A stretch of DNA of 64,000 nucleotides from an uncultured Chloroflexia bacterium (GTDB taxonomy: Bacteria > Chloroflexota > Chloroflexia > Thermomicrobiales > UBA6265), in assembly GCA_963724295.1 (NCBI GenBank), contig CAVRUC010000001.1, forward strand, positions 64,001-128,000, given 5' to 3'. How positions within the stretch are numbered: the first letter of the stretch is position 1; the number at the start of each line of letters is the position of its first letter. Below are positions 10,013-20,761 of the stretch, piece after piece. Made by a program: the position numbers and the translations under genes. Below the pieces are notes generated by a model that searched no databases, was not told the origin of the DNA, and was given only the letters and a program-made list of their open reading frames with translations.

Positions 10013-10575
10013 CTTGCAGCGACGGGGAGCCACGCGCGGCCGGTGTGGCCCGGATCCTGATAGATGACCGCGAGATTCGGGCGCGGACCGCCGAGATGGC
10101 GAAGGAGCTCGATCAGACGTACGGCGATGACGTGCCCCTCCTGGTGGGAGTGCTCAATGGCGCCATCACGTTCATGACGGACTTGATGCGGGAGATGACG
10201 ATCCCGCTCGAAGTCGATTTCATGGCGGTCTCCTCGTATGGCGCGGCGACGCAAAGCTCGGGCGTCGTGCGCATCCTGAAGGATCTCAACGAGGACATCG
10301 AGGGTCGACGCGTTGTTGTTGTCGAAGACATCGTTGACAGCGGTCTCACGCTGCAGTACTTGCTCGATGTGCTGCAGCGGCGGAACCCTCGCGACCTGCG
10401 AGTCGTCGCATTATTGAAGAAGGAGAAACCGGAGGCGATCGAGGTCCAGGTTGACCTGGTCGGTTTCACGATCCCGGACGAGTTTGTGATTGGCTACGGC
10501 CTTGACTACGCGGGGAAATATCGCAATCTGCCGTATGTTGCGGTCCTCGATCCGAGAATGTATGCAGGAGAGTGA
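10009..10575 (+). CDS. hpt: Hypoxanthine phosphoribosyltransferase
   Basis: VSSYG, VEDIVDSGLTL, FVIGYGLDY...YRNLPY; ATGA overlap with tilS. Confidence 0.97.
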   Translation: MTCSDGEPRAAGVARILIDDREIRARTAEMAKELDQTYGDDVPLLVGVLNGAITFMTDLMREMTIPLEVDFMAVSSYGAATQSSGVVRILKDLNEDIEGRRVVVVEDIVDSGLTLQYLLDVLQRRNPRDLRVVALLKKEKPEAIEVQVDLVGFTIPDEFVIGYGLDYAGKYRNLPYVAVLDPRMYAGE

Positions 10576-10660
10576 GGTTGCGTTAACCAGTGATATACTC
10601 GCGCCGCGCGGCACCGCGGCAAACCGATGATCACCCCGGTCCCTCGCGGGAGATTCGTTA

Positions 10661-12640
<1,980 letters not shown>

Positions 12641-12670
12641 TCTGATCGAGAACTGATTGCGAGAAACACA

Positions 12671-12699
12671 AACGACCCGGTGCATGGCACCGGGTCGTT
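12671..12699. terminator. Bidirectional terminator hairpin between ftsH and tRNA-Ala
   Basis: AACGACCCGGTGC-ATG-GCACCGGGTCGTT, A-rich and T-rich flanks, convergent genes. Confidence 0.8.
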
Positions 12700-12716
12700 C
12701 TGTTCCTTGGCTCGGG

Positions 12717-12789
<73 letters not shown>

Positions 12790-12805
12790 GTGCGTGGACC
12801 GATTG

Positions 12806-12835
12806 AGTATACGGACTCTGACGACCCACGGTCAA
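12806..12835 (-). promoter_or_regulatory. Sigma70 promoter of tRNA-Ala
   Basis: Minus strand TTGACC-18 bp-TATACT. Confidence 0.7.
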
Positions 12836-12858
12836 AGCACGAGCCGACACCGCACCGG

Positions 12859-12887
12859 TAGACTGCGGATTTGGCACGACGTATACT
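12859..12887 (+). promoter_or_regulatory. Sigma70 promoter of tRNA-Gly
   Basis: TAGACT-17 bp-TATACT, 12 nt upstream of the tRNA. Confidence 0.7.
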
Positions 12888-12899
12888 CGATAGAACGAT

Positions 12900-12975
12900 G
12901 CGGGGGTAACTCAGTTGGTAGAGTACCTGCTTCCCAAGCAGGCTGTCGCGGGTTCGAGTCCCGTCCCCCGCTCCA
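12900..12975 (+). tRNA. tRNA-Gly(CCC)
   Basis: GCGGGGG acceptor, CCTGC-TTCCCAA-GCAGG, ends TCCA. Confidence 0.97.
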
Positions 12976-13201
12976 CTCACCAACGTATCTATGCCAGTTT
13001 TACCCTCAAAGTCACCACAGCCGATTCCTTGACACAGGCCGGTTCCCCTCGTGATTCCACGATGTCCTGAATTCGCGGGTCAAACCGAAAGCGACCCGGG
13101 AGTCTTGGACGACAGGATCCATACGGCGCGTCTGAGCCTTGTCCGCGCGATAGCGCATCGTCTGGATCGGCAAGATGACGCGCTCCGGCTCATCAGCCGC
13201 C

Positions 13202-13218
13202 CCGGCATGCAATGTGCA
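13202..13218 (+). promoter_or_regulatory. Putative sigma54 (-24/-12) promoter
   Basis: CCGGCATGCAATGTGCA = GG-N10-GC, ~100 nt upstream of ORF 13317. Confidence 0.65.
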
Positions 13219-13316
13219 CTGAAATTGGTTGAGAAGCCACCTGACGGTGGGTAGATCCTACCTCGCTCTTGCCGTAGTGATCCGGCTCACCTCAGCACGA
13301 TTGATGGAGGCAACTG

Positions 13317-13628
13317 ATGACAGAGCGCGATCAGGACGATGACGCCGGACTAAGCACCGATGACGGGGTCCGCATGCACTTTGGAACCAGAATCGGCACC
13401 GAGCCGGGGCAGAGTGGTGGAGCCGACATCAGCGGTGCGCCGGGCGGCGGCACCGGCTGGGGCTCCTTGCCGGAAGGCATGGGTACTCACGATGACTCGT
13501 CGGGTCTCACGGGCGCGGAAGCCGCCGGAGCTGAAGAAGAGGACAACGGTGCCGGGAAGCCGAGGATGGGATCCCATCACGGCGAGGTCGCAGATAGCGG
13601 CGTGAATACCGCGCCGGTGGGCACGTAG
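13317..13628 (+). CDS. Gly/Asp/Glu-rich, probably disordered hypothetical protein (hydrophilin-like)
   Basis: GGAGG RBS 6 nt before ATG; very hydrophilic low-complexity sequence. Confidence 0.7.
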   Translation: MTERDQDDDAGLSTDDGVRMHFGTRIGTEPGQSGGADISGAPGGGTGWGSLPEGMGTHDDSSGLTGAEAAGAEEEDNGAGKPRMGSHHGEVADSGVNTAPVGT

Positions 13629-13751
13629 CGCTCGTTGGTCCTCACCGTTCGGAGCGCAAGGTGTCAGGTTTGTAGCCACCCGCATGGCGAAACTTTTCGG
13701 GAGCCGCCGGTTTTACGAAGTTACAAAGAAGTAGAGCGTTGACCTAACCGA

Positions 13752-14696
13752 CTACGCTTGTGCCCCTCGATCCAGCACCTCAAGCACCGGGGCAAATGCC
13801 TCGATTCCAGCGACTGAGACGGGATCGATCCAGACCATCATGTGCTCGACTCGCGCCTCCGCATAGCGGCGGATCTCGGCTGCTAGCTCCTCGGGCGTGC
13901 CGGTAAGCGGCCACGGAGCCATGACCCACTGCCGGGGCTGCATCGCATGTCGGGACGAATTTAGCAGATCGACCTGGATGCCGATGATCCGGGAGAGCGA
14001 TGCCGGGTCACGACCCACGTCATGGCAGGCGGCGTCGACCCTGGCGTTGAGCGCCTGCACGGCGGCGACGTCGTTCTGGCGGTCGGCATTCCAGGCGTCG
14101 CCGTAACGAGCCGCGAGATGGAGCATGCGATCGCCGCTGCCGCCGATGAGGATGGGCGGTCCTTCAGGACGCGGCCCGCGAGGGCGGAGCTCGCAATCGC
14201 GGGCGGTGTAGTAGGCGCCCTCGAAATCGACGTGACCGGTTCGCAGCAGCGCCGTGACGATCTGTAACGCCTCCGCGAAGCGGCTGACGCGGTGGCCATA
14301 GGGGAATCCGAAGGCGGCGTATTCCGGTTCATGCCAGCCGGCGCCGAGACCGAGGATCAACCGGCCGCCGCTGATCTCTTCGATGCTGGCGGCCATCTTC
14401 GCAATCAGGCCGGGGTTACGGAAACTGGTGCAAGCGACGAGCGGACCGATCTCTATGGACCGTGTCGTCGCCGCAAGGGCCGCCAGGAGCGACCATGCGT
14501 CCCACGCGCCCTGCTGGTGGACCTGGGGGAAGCGGAAGAGAAGATGATCCGGCAGCCAGAAGGAGTCGAACCCGATTTCCTCCGCACGCTGTGCCATTGC
14601 CGCGATCTCGGTCCAGCGGAGAAAGCTCCCGTTCCACGGCTGCTCGAAGTGCGGAACAAAGAGGCCGATCTTGAACGGTCGCCGGCGTGCATCCAC
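13752..14696 (-). CDS. LLM-class flavin-dependent oxidoreductase
   Basis: GFDSFWLPDH, SGGRLILGLGAGW, luciferase-like fold motifs. Confidence 0.92.
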   Translation of the reverse strand: MDARRRPFKIGLFVPHFEQPWNGSFLRWTEIAAMAQRAEEIGFDSFWLPDHLLFRFPQVHQQGAWDAWSLLAALAATTRSIEIGPLVACTSFRNPGLIAKMAASIEEISGGRLILGLGAGWHEPEYAAFGFPYGHRVSRFAEALQIVTALLRTGHVDFEGAYYTARDCELRPRGPRPEGPPILIGGSGDRMLHLAARYGDAWNADRQNDVAAVQALNARVDAACHDVGRDPASLSRIIGIQVDLLNSSRHAMQPRQWVMAPWPLTGTPEELAAEIRRYAEARVEHMMVWIDPVSVAGIEAFAPVLEVLDRGAQA

Positions 14697-14949
14697 CGCT
14701 TTGACCCTTCTGGAAGTTTGCTAGATGGGTTGCAACATAGTCCTAGATACCAGTCGCATCGTGGCAAGGTGATGCCTGCCACGCCCGCGTCGCCCCTACA
14801 GATGCCCGGCACAAATGCACTCCAGATTCGCCTGGCTATCGCTCTGTGATAACGCTTCGTCCGTCATCTGCTCGCGGAGACCGCACTGAACCAGACGAAA
14901 CCAGGAGCCGACTGAGACGTCCGAACGGGGATGCCCTTTGCTCCATCCA

Positions 14950-16398
14950 CTAGCGGATGGTCGACGGCAGGATGTGCATTTGGCTGCGGTATTTGGCGAC
15001 GGTCCGGCGCGCAATGCGAATGCCGTGATCCAGGAGACGATCGCTGATCTGGGCGTCGCTGAGAGTGGTCCCGGAGGCGCACTCGTCGCTGATGATCTGC
15101 TGGATCACGTGCTTGATGCTCAGCGAGGCGGCGAACAAGTCGCTCATCGGGATGACCTTGCGTGACGGCAGCATGATGAACTTGCCTGCGACGGCGCGGC
15201 TGCACGTCGATTCATGCACACCCAGCGCGTTCGCCACTTCGCTGCGCGTCAGCGGACGCAGACCGCGCGCATCGCCCCGGATGTACGCTTCCTGATAGGC
15301 GCAAACGTACTCGGCCACCCGCAGCAGCGTTTGCTTGCGCTGTCGCACTGCCCAGATGAACTGCTGCGCGCGGGCGACCTGGGCCTTGGCGTGGGACACC
15401 GTCGCCTGATCCATCAAGGACGGGTCGATGGCGTCAGGAACATCCTGGGTGGCTGCGTCCGGCTTGGCAATCGCCCGGTAGAACGCCTCGGTGTGCAATC
15501 GGTCATAAATGGCGTTCGGCACCTCGATCCAGAGCTGGTCGCCCTCCAGGGTCACCACCACGTCGGGCACGACATGGCCGCCACTGGACGGCGCGGTCCA
15601 GGTGGTCGATTGATTCGACTGCAATGGATGAGGGGTAAGCTGATCGCGAATGAACGACTGGGCGGCTTCGACCTCGGCCGGTTCCACGCCCAGCGCCCGC
15701 GCGATGCGCGCGATCCGCTTGGAGCCGAGTTCTTCCAGGTGATCTTCGATGACGCGCTTGACGACGTCGGGAACCTCCACGCCTTCGGCGCGTAGATAGT
15801 CGACCTGGAGCAGCAGGGATTCCTGGAGTGAGCGGGCGCCTACGCCCGGCGGCGCGATCTCCTGAATCGTTTGCAACACCTTCTCGACATCTTCCATGCT
15901 CGTACCGGTCTCAACCGCGATCTCCTCGACGCCGAGCGAGAGAAAGCCCCGGTCATCGATGGCGTCGACGAGAACCAGGGCGATCCCCCGCTCGTGGGCT
16001 TCGCCCAAGCTGGCCATTGCGGACTCGAGAATTTGTTCGCGGACGTCCATCGCGCTGGCGATCAGGGTCATGGGATCAAAATCGGGGTCGGCGGTACTGG
16101 GGGCGCGATATTCCGTCTCTGTACGTGGCATGACCTCGTCGGTGCGTGTCGCAGGCGCCGGTTCGGCGCGCGCCGCGCGGCATGTCGCGCACGGTTCGCC
16201 ACCGGTGCGGCGCCCGCAAACGGGGCAGACGACACAGTCTTCCAGCTCCAGCGCCGGATTCTCATCGATCGCCTCGTTGATGGCGGCCTCGAGCTCGGTT
16301 TGCGACAGGCTGAGAATGTGATTGGCCTGCATCAGCAGCGGCGAAAAGCTCTGCTGAAACTCGACGTTCTGCTCCATGTGCGTCGTTTGGGTCTGCAT
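14950..16398 (-). CDS. rpoN: RNA polymerase sigma-54 factor
   Basis: Gln-rich Region I with ENPALE, PPGVGARSLQESLLLQ, PDVVV, HTH LGVHESTCSRAV, RpoN box ARRTVAKYR. Confidence 0.97.
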   Translation of the reverse strand: MQTQTTHMEQNVEFQQSFSPLLMQANHILSLSQTELEAAINEAIDENPALELEDCVVCPVCGRRTGGEPCATCRAARAEPAPATRTDEVMPRTETEYRAPSTADPDFDPMTLIASAMDVREQILESAMASLGEAHERGIALVLVDAIDDRGFLSLGVEEIAVETGTSMEDVEKVLQTIQEIAPPGVGARSLQESLLLQVDYLRAEGVEVPDVVKRVIEDHLEELGSKRIARIARALGVEPAEVEAAQSFIRDQLTPHPLQSNQSTTWTAPSSGGHVVPDVVVTLEGDQLWIEVPNAIYDRLHTEAFYRAIAKPDAATQDVPDAIDPSLMDQATVSHAKAQVARAQQFIWAVRQRKQTLLRVAEYVCAYQEAYIRGDARGLRPLTRSEVANALGVHESTCSRAVAGKFIMLPSRKVIPMSDLFAASLSIKHVIQQIISDECASGTTLSDAQISDRLLDHGIRIARRTVAKYRSQMHILPSTIR

Positions 16399-16553
16399 AG
16401 GTGGTCGCTTATCGCTCCTTTGAACCGGCCACGCATGCTGTCGCGACGGCGTCCGTTCGAACTCGACACTCGTGAAAGCGGCCTACCGGCAGCCAACCAT
16501 GGCGCGATCCACGCGTCCCAGGCGGGTACGTGGAAGGGTCATCTTCTCGTCGG

Positions 16554-16570
16554 CTGGCACGCACGTTGCA
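16554..16570 (+). promoter_or_regulatory. Consensus sigma54 site, antisense to the rpoN leader
   Basis: CTGGCACGCACGTTGCA matches YTGGCACG-N4-TTGCW. Confidence 0.8.
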
Positions 16571-16580
16571 CGAGCGTGCG

Positions 16581-16890
16581 GGGCCGACCCGAGAGTCGCG
16601 GATCTGCCATTGTGCGCGCCCATACTAGCAAGAATCGTGCCAGAAACCACCCGCTATTTTCAAGGCCGGATGAGGCAGAGTCGGGGGTCCGTAGACTCCC
16701 GACTCTGCCTTCCGCTCACGGGCTATGCATTGGGGATGTCGAGACGTCTGACCTGGGTCACCGTCTCAGAAGTGGAACTGGGGGGGCTGACCGTTCACTT
16801 CGCTGGTCGCCCAACTGAGGAGTTCGAATCGACGCGTTGAGGAGCCCGTGAGTATCTCGCGGGAGTGCCCAAAGAAGGACACCCCGTTGT
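16581..16890 (+). ncRNA. Candidate structured ncRNA downstream of the + strand sigma54 site
   Basis: 17-bp hairpin 16673-16710; CTCACGGGCT(16715)/AGCCCGTGAG(16843) closes a multibranch domain with GAGACG/CGTCTC and GAAGTG/CACTTC hairpins; no convincing ORF. Confidence 0.4.
16627..16643 (-). promoter_or_regulatory. Consensus sigma54 promoter directed at rpoN
   Basis: Minus strand CTGGCACGATTCTTGCT matches YTGGCACG-N4-TTGCW. Confidence 0.82.
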
Positions 16891-16894
16891 TGGA

Positions 16895-17479
16895 TTAGCG
16901 CTGTTGCCAGGACCGAAGCACCGCTTCGCGCGTGGCCTCCACGGCGGCGCTGTCGGCTCGATGCCCGTCTTTCTCGAGCTCGCGGATCACCACGCCGGGC
17001 ATGATCTCGTTGATGCGCATGATGGCGTCGGCGTGATCCCGAAGGTGACGCTCCGCCAGCGACGCGACACGGCTGTCGCCAAGCGCGGTCGAGGTGGTGT
17101 GCAGCATGGAGTAGCTGATGGCCGCCAGACTGAAGGCCGCGTAGTCGTCTCGCAGGCCCTTGGAGACACCTTCAGTGCGCAGGAGGTCGATGATGCCGGC
17201 CGTCTTGCCGAACAGCGCCGCTCCGGCCTCTTTGATCGGCGAGCCGATGGTCTTGCCCGTGGTCTCCTCCAAGGCCTTCAGCGTGTCGCGATGCTGCTTG
17301 ACCATGTCGTGGAAGTCGCGCACCGCCGCTAGAGCCATCGGATCGTCCTTGACCTCCGTCAGCTGGCGGTCGAGGGCTTCTTCGATATGCGACTCGAGCG
17401 CGGCCATATCGCCCACGTAGTCCGCGATCGTCTGCCGATGTTTGTCGCTCACCTCTGGTGAAATGGTCGTCTGCGCCAT
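16895..17479 (-). CDS. Ferritin-like DUF892 (YciE/YciF-related) protein
   Basis: DMAALESHIEEALDRQ...H, LRDDY...ISYSML...HLRDH four-helix di-iron-like pattern; AGGGGAG RBS. Confidence 0.75.
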   Translation of the reverse strand: MAQTTISPEVSDKHRQTIADYVGDMAALESHIEEALDRQLTEVKDDPMALAAVRDFHDMVKQHRDTLKALEETTGKTIGSPIKEAGAALFGKTAGIIDLLRTEGVSKGLRDDYAAFSLAAISYSMLHTTSTALGDSRVASLAERHLRDHADAIMRINEIMPGVVIRELEKDGHRADSAAVEATREAVLRSWQQR

Positions 17480-17527
17480 GCCGTCTCCCCTCCTGAAGCT
17501 GCGCGGTGACGTGCGGTTCCGATTGCG

Positions 17528-17725
17528 TCAGTCCGAAGCTGCCGAGCTCGAACTCGTCTGCCCGGTTGATCCCTGAGCCTGTCTCAACCCGTCCGAGATA
17601 TTCCTGATCGCTTCCTCGACCGAAATCTCGGACGCTTGTGCCGCGGATTGGATCGAGTCCATCGTGATGTGGCGAGAATCGCCGTGGCTCTCATTCAGTT
17701 CGCCGCAACCACAATCGAGGCACAT
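17528..17725 (-). CDS. Small CxxCGC...HG..H protein (65 aa), putative metal binding
   Basis: MCLDCGCGELNESHGDSRHIT...; GGGAGGA RBS upstream of ATG 17725. Confidence 0.75.
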   Translation of the reverse strand: MCLDCGCGELNESHGDSRHITMDSIQSAAQASEISVEEAIRNISDGLRQAQGSTGQTSSSSAASD

Positions 17726-17805
17726 GGTGCTGATCCTCCCGGCCGACTGGCCGTCTGCACTCGGTGTATCGGTAATGAGCCAACGTCGCGTTGCCATCGT
17801 TTCCT

Positions 17806-17822
17806 TGCAGATTTCATGCCAT
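17806..17822 (-). promoter_or_regulatory. Putative sigma54 promoter for the CxxCGC-DUF892 operon
   Basis: Minus strand ATGGCATGAAATCTGCA = GG-N10-GC. Confidence 0.72.
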
Positions 17823-17921
17823 ATCGCGACCGCGGCCCGCCGGGGGCTGAACGCGTGTCGTTTGCGGGAAGGTGGTAGAGTCGCAGTGGAATGATTGCCT
17901 TTTTTGGGTCGTGGAGAGAAC

Positions 17922-19289
17922 GTGGCGTACCGAATCTTGATCGCTGATGACAGTGCCGCAATCCGGGACGTGCTGCGCGAAGCACTCATCGATGAGGGCT
18001 ATGACGTCTCCGAGGCTGCCTCCGGCGATGATGTGCTGGCCGAATTCAACGGCAACGGCGCACCAAGGCCCGACCTCGTGTTGATGGATATTCGAATGCC
18101 CGGGAAAGATGGCATCGAGGTTCTGCGAGCGTTGCGGGCGTCACGCGATGCGGAACTGCCGATCATCGTCATGACGGCGTTCGGTTCCGCCTCGACGGCG
18201 ATCGAGGCGATGAAGCTGGGGGCATTCGACTATATCGCCAAGCCGTTCGAACTCGAGGAAGTGACTGTCGCTATCGAGCGCTTCTTCGAGCGCCAGGATC
18301 TGAGCGACCGGGTCGTGCGCTTGCTGGTCGAGAGCAACCGGGACGAGATCCTCATCGGCGACAGTCCCGCCATGCAGGACATCTACAAGACCGTGGGGCG
18401 GGTTGCCCGGTCAGATGCGACGGTGCTAGTTTCCGGGGAGACCGGGACCGGCAAGGAGCTGGTGGCCACGGTCATCCACCGCAACTCGACCTACTCCGCC
18501 GGACCGTTGATCAAGGTCAACTGTGCGGCGCTGCCCGAGACTCTCCTGGAGAGCGAGCTGTTCGGGCACGAGAAGGGTGCATTTACAGGGGCGATCGCTC
18601 AGCGTAAAGGTCGCTTCGAGCTCGCCAACAAGGGCACCATCTTTCTCGACGAAGTCGGAGAGCTAACGCTCGCCACACAGAAAAAGCTCTTGCGCGTGCT
18701 CCAGGAGCGGGAGTTCGAGCGCGTCGGTGGCACGGGCAGCATCAAAGTCGACACCAGAGTGGTGGCCGCCACCAACAAGGACCTACCGCGGGAGATCGAC
18801 GCTGGAAACTTCCGGGAGGACCTCTACTACCGGCTCAATGTCATCGCCATCGAGCTGCCGCCTCTGCGCGAGCGCTATACAGATATCCCGTTGTTGGTCG
18901 AGCATTTCTTGCATAAGCATCGCTACGGTCGTAGCTCTGCACCGGCTCGCATTAGCCAGGAAGCGATGAGCCGCTTGCTCGCGCATGACTGGCCGGGGAA
19001 CGTGCGGGAGCTGGAGAACACCATCGAGCGCGCGGTGATCATGGCGCGCGGCGGCGTGATCGCCGCCGACCACGTGACCTTCCCCGGGCAGGAGACGCGC
19101 CGGCCGGTCGACGTGACGCAAGCCATCGCGGACGGCACGTCGCTCGATGCATTTCTCAAAGACATGGAATCGCGATACCTGCGAGAGGCGCTACGGCAGG
19201 CCGGGGGCAACGAATCCGTCGCGGCCGGCCTCATCGGGGTCGACCTGGAAGAACTCCGAGGCCGCGTGGCGCGTACCGAAGGAGAGTGA
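17922..19289 (+). CDS. Sigma54-dependent response regulator (NtrC/AtoC-family enhancer-binding protein)
   Basis: Receiver (ADD, DIRMP, TAFG, KPF) plus AAA+ GETGTGKE, ESELFGHEKGAFTGA, FREDLYYRL, WPGNVRELEN; GTG start after GGAG. Confidence 0.95.
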   Translation: MAYRILIADDSAAIRDVLREALIDEGYDVSEAASGDDVLAEFNGNGAPRPDLVLMDIRMPGKDGIEVLRALRASRDAELPIIVMTAFGSASTAIEAMKLGAFDYIAKPFELEEVTVAIERFFERQDLSDRVVRLLVESNRDEILIGDSPAMQDIYKTVGRVARSDATVLVSGETGTGKELVATVIHRNSTYSAGPLIKVNCAALPETLLESELFGHEKGAFTGAIAQRKGRFELANKGTIFLDEVGELTLATQKKLLRVLQEREFERVGGTGSIKVDTRVVAATNKDLPREIDAGNFREDLYYRLNVIAIELPPLRERYTDIPLLVEHFLHKHRYGRSSAPARISQEAMSRLLAHDWPGNVRELENTIERAVIMARGGVIAADHVTFPGQETRRPVDVTQAIADGTSLDAFLKDMESRYLREALRQAGGNESVAAGLIGVDLEELRGRVARTEGE

Positions 19290-19347
19290 ACGCGCTCCCT
19301 GACGCCATCGGAGCGAATGACCGGAGAATGCCTGTCGACGATGACGA

Positions 19348-19364
19348 GTGGCACAGTGCGTGCG
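19348..19364 (+). promoter_or_regulatory. Putative sigma54 promoter for the single-domain receiver gene
   Basis: GTGGCACAGTGCGTGCG = GG-N10-GC, ~80 nt upstream of ATG 19446. Confidence 0.68.
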
Positions 19365-19445
19365 GGGCCTGCCCCAAGCGGGAACGCGCGTCGCGGCCGG
19401 CTGTGGTCCGTACAGGAAGACCAAACGACAGTCGGAAGTCAGGTC

Positions 19446-19811
19446 ATGGGCAGAATGGTGCTGGTCGTCGACGACGATGAAGGTGTACGCGCGGTCATGG
19501 CGACCGCTCTCGAAGACGACGGCTGGACCGTCGAAACGGCAGAAAATGGCCGCACCGCCCTGGAGACGCTCAACCGGGCGCGACCCGATGCCATCATCCT
19601 CGATCTCAGAATGCCGGTGATGGACGGGCTAACCTTTGCCGAGCGGTACCGAGAGTTCCCTGAACCGCGCGCGCCGCTGATCCTGATATCCGCCACAGTC
19701 AGCGAGACGGCAGTGCAGGCCACCGGCGCCGTAACGGGTCTCCGTAAGCCGGTCGACCTCACCGTTCTGCTCGACACCGTGAGGGAGTTCGCGGTCGAGC
19801 AATCCGCATAG
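19446..19811 (+). CDS. Single-domain response regulator (CheY-like receiver)
   Basis: VLVVDDD, IILDLRMPVMDG, ISA, LRKPVD; no output domain. Confidence 0.9.
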   Translation: MGRMVLVVDDDEGVRAVMATALEDDGWTVETAENGRTALETLNRARPDAIILDLRMPVMDGLTFAERYREFPEPRAPLILISATVSETAVQATGAVTGLRKPVDLTVLLDTVREFAVEQSA

Positions 19812-19823
19812 TCACGGCAGAGA

Positions 19824-19863
19824 CATGGAAACGGGGACCGCAGACGCGGTCCCCGTTTCCATG
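19824..19863. terminator. Bidirectional terminator hairpin
   Basis: Perfect 18-bp stem CATGGAAACGGGGACCGC-AGAC-GCGGTCCCCGTTTCCATG between convergent genes. Confidence 0.85.
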
Positions 19864-19876
19864 AGTGGCGATACGG

Positions 19877-20659
19877 CTACCGCGTAGCGACGACCGTTCG
19901 CGACCCTGGCAGCACCATCCGTTCGTTCCGTCCAACCATTCCGCCCAGTGTCGCCGCACCGATGGCGAGAATGATGGCGATTGTGGTACCCCATGCACCT
20001 GGACCAGCAGCCTGGGATGCGGTTTCCTGTGCCTGTTGCGCCGCTTGCTCGACTTCGGCAGGAACCGCGGCAGCCGGGTCCTCAGCAGCCTGGTCGGCTG
20101 CGGTCTGCGCCTCCGGGGGGACAGCGCCTTGGTCGACGGCCTCCGTGGCCACTGGGGCCGCGGCGCCGGCGATATTGGTCACAGTCGAGGCAAAGAATCC
20201 CAGCGCACCCGTGAGTGCCGTCGTGGCAAGCCACAGGAGCAGCAGCAGCGTTGCCGCTCCAGTCACGAATCCGTTGAGCGGTCCATCTGACTCGGAGAGA
20301 GTTGCCGCCGCGCGCGCGGCCATCCAGCCGCCGACAAAGAAGGCGACGAGCAGGCTCAAACCGCCCCAGATCCCAGCGGCGGTACCCCAGGTTTGGGGAT
20401 CATCTCCGCCGAGGGTACTGACGCCGAGAGCGAGCCCCAGGACGGACAAGAACAAGAGAACCGCGAACGCCGTGACCACTCCGGCGATAATCGGTCCCCA
20501 GCGAATTCGATCCCGCATGGGTACATCTGCCACGTCAACTTCCACTGCTGGTACTCCTATCACTCCTGTCGCCCCCGTCGAAGGTGGCAACCCTGTCGAG
20601 TCAAATCGTCCGGTCGCGGACGATTCCGCCGCTCGGCTCCCGAGAGGATCGGTATTCAT
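19877..20659 (-). CDS. Membrane protein with RIRWGPIIAG motif (YrzE/DUF3792-like, 4 TM)
   Basis: Hydrophobic helices; GGAGGAGG RBS; family assignment from motif recall only. Confidence 0.75.
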   Translation of the reverse strand: MNTDPLGSRAAESSATGRFDSTGLPPSTGATGVIGVPAVEVDVADVPMRDRIRWGPIIAGVVTAFAVLLFLSVLGLALGVSTLGGDDPQTWGTAAGIWGGLSLLVAFFVGGWMAARAAATLSESDGPLNGFVTGAATLLLLLWLATTALTGALGFFASTVTNIAGAAAPVATEAVDQGAVPPEAQTAADQAAEDPAAAVPAEVEQAAQQAQETASQAAGPGAWGTTIAIILAIGAATLGGMVGRNERMVLPGSRTVVATR

Positions 20660-20761
20660 CGAACGTCCTCCTCCATGCCAGCGGAGCTGGCCCAGGCGAA
20701 TCTGCCCATCCTAGAGCCGGGCGCGAATTCGCCAGTCACCGGATTGCCCTCCCCACTCAGC

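Noticed and set aside
16815..16835. CTGAGGAG resembling a hammerhead ribozyme core
   Set aside because: No stem II followed by GAAA at a workable position
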